A stretch of 64,000 bases of DNA, taken from contig DATLNE010000020.1 in NCBI GenBank assembly GCA_035536915.1, positions 15,044 to 79,043 on the forward strand. Direction: 5' to 3'. Below are positions 24,585 through 33,400 of this stretch, one piece after another (the first letter of the stretch is position 1; each line of letters opens with the position of its first letter). A model generated the notes under the pieces. It was given only the letters and a program-made list of their open reading frames with translations. It was not told where the DNA came from and searched no databases. The position numbers and the translations under genes are program-made. Source of the DNA: Acidimicrobiales bacterium (GTDB lineage: Bacteria; Actinomycetota; Acidimicrobiia; Acidimicrobiales; JAHWLA01).

Positions 24585-27347
24585 CTATAGAGGCGAAGCT
24601 GTTTCCAGCCAGTGGACGAGTCCGAGCCGCGACGTGACCCCGACCTTCACGTAGATGCGCGTGAGGTTCGCCTCGACGGTCTTCTTGCTCATCGACAGCA
24701 CCGCGGCGATCTCCCGGTTGCGGCTGCCTTGTTGTACCAACCTGGCAATCTGAAGCTCGACGTCGGTCAGCACATCGGAACGTGGTCGCCGGTAACGCGG
24801 GACCTTCATCCCCCGTCGCCTGAGCTCGCGGACGACGCGATGGCGCCACGGGTCGGCGTCGAGTTGCCGGAACCTGCGGTACGCCTCGGCGAAGTTCGCC
24901 TCGCTGTCGACGTCGAGCTCGGCGAGGGCGAAGTGAACGGTCGCCTCGACGAACACGTCGCCCAGCGCTCGTGCCGCGCCGAGCGCATCGGCCAACACGT
25001 CGGCGTCGCCGGTAGCGGTGCCGTACACCGCACGCGCCGTGACGCGTTCGTGGTTGTCGGCTGCCTCGGGATCGTGGCAGGCGAACTCGGCAACGAGGGC
25101 AGCAGAGCGATCCGGTCGTCCGGCGGCCAGTTCAACCTCCGCCAGCCGCGTGGCGAGCAAGCACCGGCCTTTGGCGAACGCCGCCTGCGGTAGTGCGGCT
25201 TCGATCACCGAGCGGGCCGAATCGAGGTCGCCGGTGAGCAAGTCGACCCCACCCGCGGCCCACGCGCGGAAGACATCGACGGCAGGCGACGGGGCGTGCT
25301 CTCCGAGGACGCGTCTGGCGTGAGCCCACTGCCCTCGCTTGGCGAGGATGTCGGCCTTGAACGCGCCGAGGAGCGCGAGATGCGTATACGACTGTGAGTC
25401 CTCCAACTCGTCGGCGATGTGGTCGACGGTCGCCAGCGCACCGTCCCAATCCCCTTTGACGTAGCCGTGGAGCATGCGCGCCAGCGCCGCTTCGGCGCGG
25501 AAGAGGGTCCAGCCCGACGCGGACATGAGTGCTTCCGTGCGGTTCAGGAAGTCGGCCACGCGCGCCTCGTCGCCTCGCTCGGCGGCCAGGTAGGCGACGT
25601 TGGCGTAGGCAGTCAGTTGCGACGGCAGCGGCGCGGCGGCGGCGACCTCGATCAACTGCGCGACCACAGGTTCGACCGACCGATGTCGGTGGAGCAGTGA
25701 GTGCACGTGGGCGACGTGCACAAGCGTGGCGATGCGGTCTGCGGGCGGCGGCTCTGCAGTCGCGAGGCGTTCCTCGATCGCCTTGGTGATGGTCACGGCG
25801 TCGTCGACTCGACCGAGATAGACGAGGAGGTGGGCACGCAGGGCCCCCAGGCGGAGGTCTCCCGCGTCGACACCGGTCTCTTCGAGCAAGGCGACCGCTT
25901 CCGACGCGGCCCCGACGGCGTTAAGGGCTTCGGCCACCAGTCCGACGGTGCGTGCACGCTCGGCACCGGGTGCGAGCACTCGAAGGGCCTCGAGCCCCGT
26001 CGCGCTCGCCTCCGCCGGCCGCCCGGCCAGGAACTGTGCTCGTGCCAGACGGGAAGACACCGACGCCCTGTCGGGCTCGTCCTCCGCCATGATCGACAGC
26101 GCCCGCTCGTATCGAGGGATCGACGAGCGGGGGGCCGCGCCCGACAGCAAGTCGCCGGCCGCCACGAGGGCAAGCGCGGCACCGCGGTCGCCGTAGACGG
26201 CGGTCTCCGCCTTGTGTACGGCCAACTCGAGCACCACCGCCGCCGAGCGGGGCCGAGCGGCGAGCCAGTCGGCCACCGCCAGGTGCCACTCCCAACGCCG
26301 GGCAGGAGGGATGCCGTGGTACAGGGCCTCCCGGAGCAGTTGGTGCGAGAAGCCGAAGGCCTCGTCGTCGAGCGGGACGAGCACGCCGCGCGCGACGAGG
26401 GTGTCGAAGGCGCGTGACGCGTCAGCGCGGTACAGGCCCGCCAGGTCGGCCACCAAGTCCAGTCGGTCGAGGCGGGCGGTGCCGAGAAGTGCCGTCACCT
26501 GGGCCACGGCACGCACGTCGTCGCCGACCCGCAGCACGCGTCGAACCAGCGCTCCTCGGCGGTCGCTCGGTAGTCGGCGCGATCCACCTCGCAGCCGGCA
26601 ACGGCCGTCCGCCTTCTCCAAAAGCCCCGACTCGTCCCAGCCGAGGACCGCTTCGCGAGCGAAGAGCGGGTTTCCTTGCGTTTGGGCGCCCAACTCTTCG
26701 ATCAGTGACTCGTCGGGCACGCATCCCAGCAGTGTCTCGACCAAGGGTCGTAGCTCCCCGCTCGACAGCGGCGCCAGCCTCACCACCGTGAGCAGTTCGT
26801 CGCGGCGCAACCGGTCGAGCAGGGCGACGAACGCCGGGTGCGGTTCGCCCTCAGGGGTACGGACGGTTGCCACCAGCACGAGTGGAAACCGCGCCGGGCG
26901 CCGCAGCAGCAGCGAGATGAGTGCAACCGTGTCCGCGTCGGCCACGCCCGGATCGTCCATCACCAGGAAGACGGGGTCGTAGGTGCGCAGGACGGCGAGG
27001 TAACGCACCGCGGCCGCATGCACGTTGGCAACCGTCGTCGCCGAGCCGAGTTCGAGAGCCTCGGCAAGTTCGGTCCGAAGCGATGCCACCTCCTCCCCGG
27101 CCCGGGCGGGCGCCGACGCCAAGGCGTTGGCGAAGGCTGCGTACGGCAGACCACCCTCGATGGGGTCGGCGCGAGCGAAGAGCACGCTGCCGAGCGACCG
27201 CACGTCGTCGGCCAGCTCGCGCAAGAGCACCGATTTGCCGATCCCCGCCTCCCCTTCGAGGATCACTGCGCCACCGACACCGTGCGCCGCCTGCTCGACG
27301 GCACGCATGGCGGCGTCTCGCTCTGCTGTTCGCCCGATCAGCGACAC
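24585..27347 (-). CDS. LAL-type (large ATP-binding LuxR family) transcriptional regulator
   Basis: Walker A GEAGIGKS near the N-terminus, a long helical/TPR-like middle, and a C-terminal LuxR HTH (LTDVELQIARLVQQGSRNREIAAVLSMSKKTVEANLTRIY). I chose the GTG at 27347 (VSLIGRTAERD) because the track start overlaps the upstream ACAD. The start is uncertain. Confidence 0.85.
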   Translation of the reverse strand: MSLIGRTAERDAAMRAVEQAAHGVGGAVILEGEAGIGKSVLLRELADDVRSLGSVLFARADPIEGGLPYAAFANALASAPARAGEEVASLRTELAEALELGSATTVANVHAAAVRYLAVLRTYDPVFLVMDDPGVADADTVALISLLLRRPARFPLVLVATVRTPEGEPHPAFVALLDRLRRDELLTVVRLAPLSSGELRPLVETLLGCVPDESLIEELGAQTQGNPLFAREAVLGWDESGLLEKADGRCRLRGGSRRLPSDRRGALVRRVLRVGDDVRAVAQVTALLGTARLDRLDLVADLAGLYRADASRAFDTLVARGVLVPLDDEAFGFSHQLLREALYHGIPPARRWEWHLAVADWLAARPRSAAVVLELAVHKAETAVYGDRGAALALVAAGDLLSGAAPRSSIPRYERALSIMAEDEPDRASVSSRLARAQFLAGRPAEASATGLEALRVLAPGAERARTVGLVAEALNAVGAASEAVALLEETGVDAGDLRLGALRAHLLVYLGRVDDAVTITKAIEERLATAEPPPADRIATLVHVAHVHSLLHRHRSVEPVVAQLIEVAAAAPLPSQLTAYANVAYLAAERGDEARVADFLNRTEALMSASGWTLFRAEAALARMLHGYVKGDWDGALATVDHIADELEDSQSYTHLALLGAFKADILAKRGQWAHARRVLGEHAPSPAVDVFRAWAAGGVDLLTGDLDSARSVIEAALPQAAFAKGRCLLATRLAEVELAAGRPDRSAALVAEFACHDPEAADNHERVTARAVYGTATGDADVLADALGAARALGDVFVEATVHFALAELDVDSEANFAEAYRRFRQLDADPWRHRVVRELRRRGMKVPRYRRPRSDVLTDVELQIARLVQQGSRNREIAAVLSMSKKTVEANLTRIYVKVGVTSRLGLVHWLETASPL

Positions 27348-27390
27348 GTGATGGCTTGCCTCCGACAGCGAGGATACCGATGCCCTGGTG

Positions 27391-28680
27391 TCATCCCTTC
27401 GGCATGTCTCGAAACGGCATCTTGGCGTCGGCGCCGGGCTCACGAGGCAGGCCGAGCACCTGCTCGGCGATGATCTTGCGCTGGATCTCGTCGGTGCCCC
27501 CTGCGACGCGGAGGCCAGGCACCGCGGTGACGAACCGCGACCATGCGAACGTGCCCCACTCGCCGGTGTCCGCAGCAAGCCGCGGACCGAGAACGGTGCC
27601 GACGAAGTCGGCGACGGCCCGGAGGTTCTCGGTGAGCGCCAGCTTCGAACCCGACAGCTCCGGCCCCGGCGCCTGCCCCGCCTTCACCTTCGCCATGGCG
27701 CGTCGGTTGTTAAGTGCCGCAACCCGGAACCCGATGTAGACACGAGCGAGCTTCTGGCGCAGCAGGGGATCGTGCTCGACGCCGAAGTGGCGGAGCATCT
27801 CCATCAGCCACGTCGCATCGGTGACGCCTTGGAGGGCCGCTCCCTCCGTGCTGCCGACCCCTACCGATGCCCGCTCGTTGGACAGCGTGGTGAGAGCAAC
27901 CGACCAGCCGTCGTCGACGGCCCCGAGACGGTGGTCGTCGGGAATGCGGACGTTGTCGAGGAAAACCTCGTTGAACGAAGTGCCGCCGTTCATCTGCTTG
28001 ATCGGCCGTACCGTCACCCCCGGGGCGTGCATGTCGACGAGGAATGCCGTGATGCCCCGGTGCTTGGGCCTCCCGACGTCCGTGCGGCAGAGGATCTCGC
28101 CGATGTCGGCGACGTGCGCGCTCGACGTCCACACCTTCTGCCCGTTCACCACCCACTCGTCGCCGTCACGTTCCGCCCGGCAGGCCAGCGCGGCCAGGTC
28201 CGACCCTGCGCTCGGCTCGCTGAACAGCTGACAGCCGATGACGTCACCGCGGTGCATGGCTGTGAGGTAGCGGCCCTTGGCGACCTCGGTGCCGTGAGCC
28301 AGGATCGTCGGCGCCACCATGCCCAAGCCCACGACGTAGACGGTCTGGTCGGGCACGACGAACTGCGACTCCACCGCCGCGTAGACGCGCTCGTGGGCCT
28401 GGGTCAGCCCACGGCCACCGAACTCGGGCGGCCCGCCGATCCAGCCGAGCCCTGCCTCGAAGCGCTTGGCCCGCCACGCCTTCGCTTCCGCCAGCCGGCG
28501 CTGTTCGTCTTCGGCATCACCGCCGAAGTCGCCGAACATCACCGCCGCCTCGAGCCCTTCGCCCCACACGAAGGGCGCTCCCTCGGCCTGGCGCGGGGCA
28601 TTGGCCTCGAAGAACGCCACGCACTCCCGCTCGAACTCCTCGAGCGCGGACGGGATCAATTGCGCGGCACCTCCCGCCAC
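27391..28680 (-). CDS. acyl-CoA dehydrogenase (one of an adjacent pair)
   Basis: 429 aa. Typical ACAD middle and C-terminal regions (GCQLFSEPSAGSDLA, VAGGTDEIQRKIIA). An alternative TTG start at 28659 would make a TTGA overlap with the upstream stop. Confidence 0.9.
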   Translation of the reverse strand: MAGGAAQLIPSALEEFERECVAFFEANAPRQAEGAPFVWGEGLEAAVMFGDFGGDAEDEQRRLAEAKAWRAKRFEAGLGWIGGPPEFGGRGLTQAHERVYAAVESQFVVPDQTVYVVGLGMVAPTILAHGTEVAKGRYLTAMHRGDVIGCQLFSEPSAGSDLAALACRAERDGDEWVVNGQKVWTSSAHVADIGEILCRTDVGRPKHRGITAFLVDMHAPGVTVRPIKQMNGGTSFNEVFLDNVRIPDDHRLGAVDDGWSVALTTLSNERASVGVGSTEGAALQGVTDATWLMEMLRHFGVEHDPLLRQKLARVYIGFRVAALNNRRAMAKVKAGQAPGPELSGSKLALTENLRAVADFVGTVLGPRLAADTGEWGTFAWSRFVTAVPGLRVAGGTDEIQRKIIAEQVLGLPREPGADAKMPFRDMPKG

Positions 28681-29840
28681 GAACGATCACGGTCGACGCG
28701 CACGTCGCCCGGCAACCCGAGGACCCGCTCACCGAGGATGTTCCGCATCACCTCGGACGTGCCACCCTCGATGGAGTTCGCGCGCGCGCGGAGGAACGCA
28801 CGGGGCAGGTCGTCGAAGATCTCGTGGCCACGCGGCCGTTGTTCCATCTCGTAGCTGCCGTACAACGTGCCCGCAGGCCCGAGCACGTCGAGGCAGAACT
28901 CGGTGATGCGCTGGTTGAGCAGGGCGCCGACGAGCTTGCCGATCGAGCCTTCGGGACCCGGCACCCCGCTGTTGCGGCCCGCCGCGGCGCGCAATGCCGT
29001 AAGGCGCAGGCACTCCGCCTCCACCCATAGTCCCGCCAGACGATCACGCAGCACGGGCGACTTGTCGCCTGCCTTGCGCCACGCCTCGACGGCAACCCCG
29101 ATCATCCCGCCGCCACGTGGCTGCACGATCCCGCCGATCGCCACGCGCTCGTTCATAAGGGTGGTGAGCATCACCGTCCAGCCCTCCCCCACGTCACCCA
29201 AGCGCTCGCTGTCGGGAACCCGGGCGTCGGAGAAGAAGACCTCGTTGAACTCCGCATCACCGGTGATCTGACGCAGGGGGCGGATCTCGACGCCGGAAGC
29301 GTGCATGTCCATGACGAAGTAGGTCATGCCCTTGTGCTTCGGCTGGTCGGGGTCGGTGCGGGCGGCGAGCATCCCCCAACGGGCGACGTGGGCAACCGAG
29401 GTCCACACCTTCTGGCCGTTGACGACCCACTCGTCGCCGTCGCGGGTCGCCGTGGTGGCAAGCGCGGCGACGTCGGAACCGGCACCCGGCTCGCTGAAGA
29501 GCTGGCACCAGATCTCCTCGCCCGTGAAGAGAGGGCGGAGGTACCGGCGTTTCTGCTCCTCGCTGCCGTGCGTCATTACCACGGGAGCGCCCATGCCGAG
29601 GCCGATCATCGACACGACAGGTGTTGTCGGTGCACCGGCGTCGCGGAGCAGTTCGTCGACCACCACCTGGTCCCCGGGGTCGAGCCCGAGCCCGCCGTGC
29701 CCCTCCGGAAAGTGCACCCACGCCAGGCCCGCGTCGAACTGCGCACCGAGGAACCGGCGCGGGTCCACCTCCGTGGGCGGGTGCTCCGCGAGCAGTCGTT
29801 CGACTCGCGGGGCCAACATCGCGCGCACATCGACTGACAT
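28656..29840 (-). CDS. acyl-CoA dehydrogenase (one of an adjacent pair)
   Basis: 394 aa. WCQLFSEPGAGSDVA and IEGGTSEVMRNILGE are present. Confidence 0.9.
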   Translation of the reverse strand: MSVDVRAMLAPRVERLLAEHPPTEVDPRRFLGAQFDAGLAWVHFPEGHGGLGLDPGDQVVVDELLRDAGAPTTPVVSMIGLGMGAPVVMTHGSEEQKRRYLRPLFTGEEIWCQLFSEPGAGSDVAALATTATRDGDEWVVNGQKVWTSVAHVARWGMLAARTDPDQPKHKGMTYFVMDMHASGVEIRPLRQITGDAEFNEVFFSDARVPDSERLGDVGEGWTVMLTTLMNERVAIGGIVQPRGGGMIGVAVEAWRKAGDKSPVLRDRLAGLWVEAECLRLTALRAAAGRNSGVPGPEGSIGKLVGALLNQRITEFCLDVLGPAGTLYGSYEMEQRPRGHEIFDDLPRAFLRARANSIEGGTSEVMRNILGERVLGLPGDVRVDRDRSWREVPRN

Positions 29841-29843
29841 GCG

Positions 29844-31037
29844 TCAGGACTCCGTCAGTTCCGAGCCCACGATGCTCACGAAGCTCACGCAGCTACCCGG
29901 CGCACCGCCGAGGTTGTGGGTGAGGGCGAGCGTGCGCCCGTTGTCGATCTGTCGCTCGCCGGCCTCTCCGCGCAGCTGCAGCCAGCACTCGAACAGCATG
30001 CGCAACCCCGAGGCGCCGATGGGATGCCCGAAGCTCTTGAGGCCCCCGTCGGGATTGACCGGCAGCTCGCCGTCGAGGTCGAACGTGCCCGCCAGCACCT
30101 CCTTCCACGCCATGCCGCGCTCGGTGAAGCCGAGGTCCTCCATGAGCACCAACTCGGTCGGGGTGAAGCAGTCGTGCACCTCTGCCATCGCCAGTTCGGC
30201 GCGCGGGTTGTCGACGCCCGCTTGGCGATAGGCGGCTACTGCGGAGCGCACGACCTCGTGGAAGGTCGTGTAGTCGTAGGTCGGGTCGATGGGACCGGCA
30301 GAAGGCCCGGCCACCAGTGAGAGAGCCTTCACGAACAGCGGCTTGTCCGTGTACTTGTAGGCGTCTTCGGCCCGCACGATGATGGCGGCAGCCGAGCCGT
30401 CGGCCACGCCCGAACAGTCGAAGATCCCCAGCGGGCCGGCGACCAACGGCGAGGAGCAGATGACGTCCTTCGCCACTTCCTTGCGGTACTGCGCCAAGGG
30501 GTTGCGGGCCCCGTTGCGATGGTTCTTCCAGGCGATGCGGGTCAGCACGTCCTTGAGCTCGGCATCGTCGACGCCGTACTTCTTGGCGTAGGCAGGCGCC
30601 AACAGCGAGAACATGGCGGGGGCGGTCAGCGGCACCGTGGTGCCGTCGCTCGGCGGGAACTGGGTCGTCAGGCCGGAGAACCCGCCGTCCTTCAACTTCT
30701 CCACGCCGATCGCCATGGCGGCGTCGACTGCCCCGGCGGCAACGGCGTAGCACGCGTTCCGGAAGGCGTCCGAGCCCGTGGCGCACATGTTCTCCAAGCG
30801 CGACACCGGCTTGTAGTCGATCTTCAACGGCCGCGACAGCGTGAGGCCCGAGATGCCGGAGCCCATGGTGCCGAGCCAAAAGGCGTCGACCGCGTCGATC
30901 TCCATCCCGGCGGCGGCCAACGCCGCCTGCGACGAGTCCACCAAGAGGTCATCGGTGCTCTTGTCCCAATGCTCGCGGAACGGGGTGCAGCCCATTCCGA
31001 CGATGGCCACTTGGTCACGAATGCCCTTCGATCCCAT
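29844..31037 (-). CDS. thiolase-fold lipid-transfer protein (SCPx / Ltp-type acyl-CoA C-acyltransferase)
   Basis: MGSKGIRDQVAIVGMGCTPF. Active-site Cys context ENMCATGS. C-terminal THNLGGAPGSC. It resembles SCPx-type rather than FadA-type thiolases. Confidence 0.85.
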   Translation of the reverse strand: MGSKGIRDQVAIVGMGCTPFREHWDKSTDDLLVDSSQAALAAAGMEIDAVDAFWLGTMGSGISGLTLSRPLKIDYKPVSRLENMCATGSDAFRNACYAVAAGAVDAAMAIGVEKLKDGGFSGLTTQFPPSDGTTVPLTAPAMFSLLAPAYAKKYGVDDAELKDVLTRIAWKNHRNGARNPLAQYRKEVAKDVICSSPLVAGPLGIFDCSGVADGSAAAIIVRAEDAYKYTDKPLFVKALSLVAGPSAGPIDPTYDYTTFHEVVRSAVAAYRQAGVDNPRAELAMAEVHDCFTPTELVLMEDLGFTERGMAWKEVLAGTFDLDGELPVNPDGGLKSFGHPIGASGLRMLFECWLQLRGEAGERQIDNGRTLALTHNLGGAPGSCVSFVSIVGSELTES

Positions 31038-32458
31038 CAGTCCTGCCCTCCGCTCGTCGCCCGTGCCGGGCGGGCTTTCCAGAAGTAGTTGTGGACGCCG
31101 CCTGCCGTGTAGAAGCGGCGGAACGTCATCTCGACGCGGTCGCCGATTGCGACCTGCTCACGGTCGACGTCGGCCATCTCGCACTGGAACCTGCCGCCGC
31201 CGTCGAAGTCCACCACCGCCACCACGACAGGCGGGCTCAACGAGAACGCCAGCCGGTCGACGGTGAACGTGGCGATGGTGGCGGGAACGTCGGCCAGCCG
31301 CTCCGGGGTCATCTGGTCGACCGCGCCGCACGTCAGGCAGACCCGGTCGGGCGGAAGGTGGCGGGTCCCGCACTCGAGGCACCGGCTCGCCACGAAGCCG
31401 AACTTCCACGCCTCCGTGCGATAGGACGGGGGGCCCGCCGGTCGCTCGGGATCAGGACGACGGGGGGGCTCCCGGCGCAGCATGCCGCGCCACGTCAAGA
31501 ACGCGGCGTAGTCGACCGGCATCGAGGCCGCGGCCTGCTCGCGCACCGTCGGACGGCCTTCACGGAAGGCGACGAGCTTCTCGGTCGCACGAAAGACGAC
31601 GACTTCGACACCGTCGGCCAGCGTGACGAGCATGATCACCTCGCCGTCTTCAGCCCGGTCGAGTGCGTCAGCGAGAAGTACGCCCGGCTGCGCACAGCCG
31701 GTGTTCCCCAACACCGCACCGAGCTCGTCGGAGGCCCGCTCCTTCGGCACCCCGACCACCCGCGCCACGCCCCGGGCCGCCCGCTCATGAAGGCCCGCCA
31801 CGACCAAGCGGTCGATGTCGCCGACCGCGAGGCCCGCTTCCTTGAGGGCGTCGGTGACGGCAGCCTCGACCAGTGGCAGGTACGCGGTCTCACCGAACCG
31901 CTCCTCCCATACGCTCGACCAACTCTCGCCCGGCGTCCGCCAGCGATCGAGGAACTCGGCGGTCGCCGACGACGTGGCCACGACGTCGGCGATCACGCCT
32001 TCGTCACCGAACAACAGAGCGGCAGCGGCGTCGCCGCCTCCCGCCTCGTCGTTACCGCCCGGAAGTCCGGTGCGGATGTCGGACAGGACGGCCAGAGTTG
32101 TGCGCCCCGCGTGGCACCCGTCGAGCGCGAACCGCAGTGCTCCCATGGCCGAGCGCACCGAGCCGACCATGTCGAAGGCTGCGCTCGCTCGGTCGAGGCC
32201 GAGAGCAGCGTGGATGGCGGTGGCGTTGGTCTTGTCGGCGTATGCAGGCGCCGTCGTGGCGAAGACGACGGCGTCGGGAGCAGGCAGGCCCGCTACGGCG
32301 CGGCGTGCCGCCTCCACTCCGAGCGAAGTGGTGTCCTGGTCGTACGACGCCACTGCCCTGGTTCCTTTGGCGGCGGTGCCGCCCAGGGTTGCGGCAACAG
32401 CGGCCCGGTCCAGACGGTAAACGGGAACGTACGTGGCGTACGCGGTGATTCCGGCCAT
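31037..32458 (-). CDS. fusion protein: HMG-CoA-synthase/KAS-III-like thiolase-fold domain + DUF35 (Zn-ribbon/OB-fold) domain
   Basis: The ATG at 32458 (AAGAGGA RBS) gives MAGITAYATYVPVYRL, the N-terminal thiolase-fold half. The C-terminal ~130 aa carry a C4 ribbon (CLECGTRHLPPDRVCLTCG) followed by an OB-fold-like segment, as in DUF35 proteins. Confidence 0.75.
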   Translation of the reverse strand: MAGITAYATYVPVYRLDRAAVAATLGGTAAKGTRAVASYDQDTTSLGVEAARRAVAGLPAPDAVVFATTAPAYADKTNATAIHAALGLDRASAAFDMVGSVRSAMGALRFALDGCHAGRTTLAVLSDIRTGLPGGNDEAGGGDAAAALLFGDEGVIADVVATSSATAEFLDRWRTPGESWSSVWEERFGETAYLPLVEAAVTDALKEAGLAVGDIDRLVVAGLHERAARGVARVVGVPKERASDELGAVLGNTGCAQPGVLLADALDRAEDGEVIMLVTLADGVEVVVFRATEKLVAFREGRPTVREQAAASMPVDYAAFLTWRGMLRREPPRRPDPERPAGPPSYRTEAWKFGFVASRCLECGTRHLPPDRVCLTCGAVDQMTPERLADVPATIATFTVDRLAFSLSPPVVVAVVDFDGGGRFQCEMADVDREQVAIGDRVEMTFRRFYTAGGVHNYFWKARPARATSGGQD

Positions 32459-32481
32459 GTCAGTCCTCTTTCGGAACGTGG

Positions 32482-33381
32482 TCAGGAGAGCTGCTTCTGG
32501 AGCAACGCGGTCTCCTCGAAGCAGTTTGTGAGGACGGCGTAACCGTCCTCGGAACGGATGTCGGCGATGTGGGCAGCTACGTCCTCGGCGGTGGGCTGCA
32601 AGCCCTTTCCTGCGAACCACCCCGGCGCGAGGCCGACGAACACCCGGGCGAAACGACCTCCAGCCGCCGAATAGACCTCGCCGGTGACGTCGCAGGCCTT
32701 CGACGCCAGGTACACGACCATCGGGGCCACGAGGTCGGGTGCCAGCAGCTCGGCGGCGTCGCCCAAGAGCTCCTCGGTGAGGCGCGAGGCGGCCACCGGG
32801 GCGATGGTGTTGGAGAGCACGCCACACGTGGCGCCCTCCAGGGCCAAGACGTTGGAGAGGCCGACCAGGCCCATCTTGGCCGCCGCGTAGTTCGCCTGCC
32901 CGAAGTTGCCGAAGAGCCCCGCCGCGGAACTGGTGAACACCAGCCGTCCGTAGCCCTTCTCCTTCATCACCCGGAACGCCGGCTGCGAGACGTAGAACGC
33001 GCCGAGCAGGTGGACTTCGACGATGCCGTGCAGCTCTTCGAGTGACAGCTTCGGGAACGAGCGGTCGCGAAGGAAGCCGGCGTTGTTGACCACGATGTCG
33101 ACGGTCCCGAACGCGTCGATGGCGCGCTGCACGACCTCGGCACCGCCCTCGGGGGTCGACACCGAGTCGTAGCTGGCGACCGCCTCGCCGCCTGCCTCGG
33201 TGATCTCGGCCACGACGCGGTCGGCTGCGCGCGACGCGCCGGTCCCGTCCGGGGTGCCACCAAGGTCGTTCACCACGACCTTGGCGCCGCGCCGAGCCAA
33301 CTCGAGGGCGTACGTGCGGCCCAGGCCGCCGCCTGCGCCGGTGACGACGGCTACCTGGTTGTCGAAGGTGATGGGTTCCAT
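32482..33381 (-). CDS. SDR-family oxidoreductase (MFE-2 / Hsd4-type 3-hydroxyacyl-CoA dehydrogenase-like)
   Basis: The ATG at 33381 (GAGGAG RBS) gives MEPITFDNQVAVVTGAGGGLG. NNAG and YAAAK are present. It is a paralogue of 23583..24560. Confidence 0.9.
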   Translation of the reverse strand: MEPITFDNQVAVVTGAGGGLGRTYALELARRGAKVVVNDLGGTPDGTGASRAADRVVAEITEAGGEAVASYDSVSTPEGGAEVVQRAIDAFGTVDIVVNNAGFLRDRSFPKLSLEELHGIVEVHLLGAFYVSQPAFRVMKEKGYGRLVFTSSAAGLFGNFGQANYAAAKMGLVGLSNVLALEGATCGVLSNTIAPVAASRLTEELLGDAAELLAPDLVAPMVVYLASKACDVTGEVYSAAGGRFARVFVGLAPGWFAGKGLQPTAEDVAAHIADIRSEDGYAVLTNCFEETALLQKQLS

Positions 33382-33400
33382 GTCGTGCTCCTCGAGGGGG

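Noticed and set aside
27019-27030. Partial matches to the operator inside coding regions (TGCACGTTGGCA at 27019-27030; AGACAACGACAC at 49069-49080)
   Set aside because: Each deviates at several core positions and lies well inside a CDS. They are treated as chance similarity.
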